Shown here: positions 59,441 through 62,354 of the stretch, one piece after another
Numbering within the stretch: position 1 is the first letter of the stretch
Layout: every line of letters starts with the position of its first letter
Source of the DNA: a virus
Taxonomy: Duplodnaviria; Caudoviricetes
Direction: 5' to 3' (one strand)
IMG/VR virus record: IMGVR_UViG_3300042868_011200
Coordinates: 1-62,354 of that record
DNA length: 62,354 bases
Notes under the pieces: model-generated
What the model was told of the DNA's origin: nothing
Database searches by the model: none
Seen by the model: only the letters and a program-made list of their open reading frames with translations
Made by a program: the position numbers and the translations under genes

Positions 59441-62354
59441 ATGTCTGACAAGGATATAATCTAATGAGTCCTCCATAGTTAGAACCATTATAATTTGTAA
59501 AACGACCTCCTATAATATACCTGTTTATTTCATCAATATAAATAGCCGAAGCCCTATCATTAAATCCAGACCCCACATCAAATGACGTATCTATAGTTCC
59601 ATTACTATTCATTCTGAAGATACCTTTATAAAGTTCACCATTAAAGCTAGCTGGTAAATTTACTGTAACAATAAGTATCTTGCCATCCTTAGTTTCGTTT
59701 ATTTCGTCGGGGAGATTAGAAACCCCAAAGCCGGTTCCACAATTACTCACAAAAGTTAAATCTAAATTACCATTTGCGTCCAATTTAGATATATTTCTTG
59801 GAGTAGTAACTCCATTATAACTTGTAAAGGTACCAGAAACAAATATTTCATCTTGTGTAGATATTAGTATTCTATTTACATTTGTACCAACACCACCTGC
59901 AAATCCTGACCCAACATTGAATGAAGAATCAAATGTTCCATCAGATAATATTTTTACTATTTTTTCAGAAGAATTACCATCGTAACTACTAAATGCCCCG
60001 ACTATTATTAAACTACCATCTGATAACATACTCATTTTTTGAGGAACTGCACCAGTGAAACCAGTACCAGAGTTAAAGGTCGAGTCAAAAGTTCCATCTT
60101 CGTTTAATCTAACTATTGAACCGCAACTATTTCCATCATATAAGTTGAATGCTCCAACCAAAATAATTTTCCCATCTGATTGTTGCATAAAATCACTAAT
60201 TAGACCATTAGCACCTGTACCTGAATTAAAATTAGTATTTATAGAACCATCTAAATTTAAATTAACAATTCTATTAACTGTTTGACCACTATAGTATTCA
60301 AAAGTTCCAACACACAATAAAGTACCATTCTTTAACTGAGAAATTTTAAGAGGTCTCATATTAACAAAAGTACTTCCACTGAATCCGGCACCTGACACAA
60401 ATGTTTTGTCAATTACACCATTAGAACTTGTTCTAAATATTCCTGAAACAAAGTTTTCATTATATCCTGAGAAGTACCCCCCAAAGACATATTTACCGTC
60501 ATTTTGTTCCGTAATGGTTATAATTGAGTTAGTTGAAACTGGTTGTAATCCTTTACCGACGACAAATGTATAATCAATACCATCTAAAGTACAAGGAGTT
60601 GTTGATGGTGTCGGGGTAAATGTTGGAGTTACAGTAGGGGTTACTGTCATACTTGGAGTCATTGATGGAGAAACACCTGGAGTACAGAATCTACATTGGA
60701 AAAGGTTTCCACTTTCAATAGAGTTTAAAACATTAAGAGCCGTGTTAACAATCTCAGTTGTATACGTGACACAAACCGATTTACCATCAATTGTTGCTTG
60801 GAAAGTTGAACCAGTATTAAATGGTAATGGTTGAGAAATTATATACGTTGAACCATTAGAACAATCTGTTAAAAGTTTGTTATAGTTATTTGAAAATACC
60901 GATTCAAAAGTTCTAAATTCTGTAGTTCCTGTTACTACACAATTTTTAGATATATTTGATGGTGTTGGGGTTACACCAGGTGTGGCCGCAGGATAATTAA
61001 ATGTAAATCCTGTTACGTCAACTGCCTTACCAAAACATATTTGAGTTTGAGTTGGTGTAGGTGTAGGGGTTGGGGAAGGAGGAACACCAAATGAAAATCC
61101 TAATGAAGCTCCTGATAAATAACCAGTTTCACCCGAACCAAAATCTTGTATATATAATGACCAATCTCCATTTAAGTCGTATGGATTTATATCTCTAAAT
61201 GTTAAAATACTATTTGTTTTATCACCATAATTAAAAGTGTATGGAGATGTCGGGTTAAATGGTAAATCTTGGTATGATTCTGGGTTGTTAATATAACTAC
61301 CACTCTGTATGCCATCCCAAACGGTACTAGATGATGTTGTAATAATTACATTTAAATTACCACCAGTAGATGCTGAAATTGGATTTCCGCCAAGTATTAA
61401 AGAGTAAGTTGATTCGTTTGGTGCGGTTAAAAGTATACCTAAATATTGTATATTATTGTGACCAAAACCACTTAAAGATAATGATATTTGAGATATAGGT
61501 TGACCTATTCCTTTAACATTTATTCTAACAGGGTATACTGATGCGACATCGTTATCAGGTATAATAATATTATTTGAACTACCTGTAAAATTAACTGCAA
61601 ATGGAACGGGTGTTGGAGTTGGAGTTGGAGTTACAAATGGTAAATTTGCACAATCAAATACGGCATTAAAATCAAAAGTTTCACAAACATTATTTGGCGA
61701 AGGCGCCGGAGTAGGACATAATAATCCAAACATAGATGGACTAAAGTCAGGGCATAAACTATAACTTGGGGTTTTGCCAAATAATATACAACTACCTCCC
61801 GCACAAGATGATAAACACCATCTTGTTTCACCTGTATTATAGTAAATGTATGAAGGAGTTTGAATCTCAGGTGCGTAAAATAAACTATAACCATTATAAG
61901 AACCATAGTTATAATATGTTCCATCATATTGTATATAGTTACCATAATTGGTAAATAAACAATAACTGTTTATAGTACATCCAGTTCCTGGTGATGGACT
62001 AGGGGTTAGTGTTGGTGTTGGGGCAGGGGTTGCTGTTGGTGAAGGACTACAAGCTGGACTAGGTAATGGTGTTTTCGTTGCGGTTGGAGTCTGTGTAACA
62101 GTTGGGGTGACAGTTCTCGTCGGAGTTATTGTTGGAGTTACAGTGTTAGTTGGGGTAACAGTTGGGGTTGCGGTATTAGTTGGAGTTATTGTTGGAGTTA
62201 CAGTATTAGTTGGAGTTATCGTTGGAGTAACGGTATTGGTTGGAGTTATCGTTGGAGTAACGGTTGGAGTTGAAGTTTTAGTCGGAGTAACTGTTTGAGT
62301 CACTGTTGGTGTTACCGTTGGCGTGACAGTATTGGTTGGAGTATTTGTAGGGGT
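59439..62354 (-). CDS. PT-repeat / proprotein-convertase P-domain / delta-60 repeat protein, 5'-truncated
   Basis: Frame is open to the window end ([12 protein letters not shown]...). IPDN...[12 protein letters not shown]-domain; repeated Q.DGKI...G.F..Y.G.....I..LN.DG..D.TF..G.G delta-60 units. Confidence 0.75.
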   Translation of the reverse strand, partial: TPTNTPTNTVTPTVTPTVTQTVTPTKTSTPTVTPTITPTNTVTPTITPTNTVTPTITPTNTATPTVTPTNTVTPTITPTRTVTPTVTQTPTATKTPLPSPACSPSPTATPAPTPTLTPSPSPGTGCTINSYCLFTNYGNYIQYDGTYYNYGSYNGYSLFYAPEIQTPSYIYYNTGETRWCLSSCAGGSCILFGKTPSYSLCPDFSPSMFGLLCPTPAPSPNNVCETFDFNAVFDCANLPFVTPTPTPTPVPFAVNFTGSSNNIIIPDNDVASVYPVRINVKGIGQPISQISLSLSGFGHNNIQYLGILLTAPNESTYSLILGGNPISASTGGNLNVIITTSSSTVWDGIQSGSYINNPESYQDLPFNPTSPYTFNYGDKTNSILTFRDINPYDLNGDWSLYIQDFGSGETGYLSGASLGFSFGVPPSPTPTPTPTQTQICFGKAVDVTGFTFNYPAATPGVTPTPSNISKNCVVTGTTEFRTFESVFSNNYNKLLTDCSNGSTYIISQPLPFNTGSTFQATIDGKSVCVTYTTEIVNTALNVLNSIESGNLFQCRFCTPGVSPSMTPSMTVTPTVTPTFTPTPSTTPCTLDGIDYTFVVGKGLQPVSTNSIITITEQNDGKYVFGGYFSGYNENFVSGIFRTSSNGVIDKTFVSGAGFSGSTFVNMRPLKISQLKNGTLLCVGTFEYYSGQTVNRIVNLNLDGSINTNFNSGTGANGLISDFMQQSDGKIILVGAFNLYDGNSCGSIVRLNEDGTFDSTFNSGTGFTGAVPQKMSMLSDGSLIIVGAFSSYDGNSSEKIVKILSDGTFDSSFNVGSGFAGGVGTNVNRILISTQDEIFVSGTFTSYNGVTTPRNISKLDANGNLDLTFVSNCGTGFGVSNLPDEINETKDGKILIVTVNLPASFNGELYKGIFRMNSNGTIDTSFDVGSGFNDRASAIYIDEINRYIIGGRFTNYNGSNYGGLIRLYPCQT
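62101..62250 (-). repeat. Five imperfect 30-nt tandem repeats encoding [10 protein letters not shown]-like units
   Basis: Unit GTTGGAGTTACAGTATTAGTTGGAGTTATC with mostly third-position variation. Confidence 0.85.

Noticed and set aside
1850-62298. Many short antisense or alternate-frame ORFs in the track (e.g. 3710..4228-, 17897..18232-, 46727..47017-, 52363..52734-, 62107..62298+)
   Set aside because: They lie within long, motif-bearing genes and read as shadows of biased codon usage or PT repeats.
62101-62354. CRISPR array or DGR template/variable repeat
   Set aside because: Repeats are contiguous, in-frame coding units without spacers. No cas or reverse transcriptase gene, and I noticed no adenine-specific repeat pair.
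1-62354. Stop-codon reassignment, inteins, tRNA genes
   Set aside because: Genes are full-length and densely packed under code 11, helicase and RNR have normal sizes, and no cloverleaf was recognised in the short intergenic gaps.

Overview
AT-rich segment of a large (jumbo-like) contractile-tailed phage (myovirus) genome. Nearly all genes lie on the + strand. The host is most likely Bacteroidota: there is a consensus TTTG-N20-TAnnTTTG promoter, the starts I inspected lack Shine-Dalgarno motifs, and several proteins carry SprB and delta-60 domains. Gene order: a 5'-truncated HAD-like protein; tail tube, tail chaperone, tape measure and large baseplate/hub proteins; a replication block (gp32-like SSB, UvsX/RecA, HNH, 5'-3' exonuclease, DnaB-like helicase, nrdB, nrdA) and a flavodoxin-fold protein; gp25/gp6/gp7-like baseplate wedge genes; about 15 kb of Ser/Thr/Gly/Cys-rich fibre and decoration genes; a RuvC-like resolvase; and a convergent, truncated PT-repeat/P-domain/delta-60 protein. 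Signals missed by the ORF track: (1) a candidate +1 (or -2) frameshift at UUU_UUU_CGC in the tail chaperone; (2) a compact cassette of 26-bp perfect palindrome, promoter motif, unannotated 53-aa ribbon-helix-helix-like ORF and HNH nuclease; (3) a TATTTAT intergenic motif, often only 4-7 nt before ATG; (4) a pervasive hydrophobic-[S/T]-[G/A]-x-[S/T] motif in virion proteins, a possible modification sequon. All family assignments come from motif recognition by eye; no searches were run.
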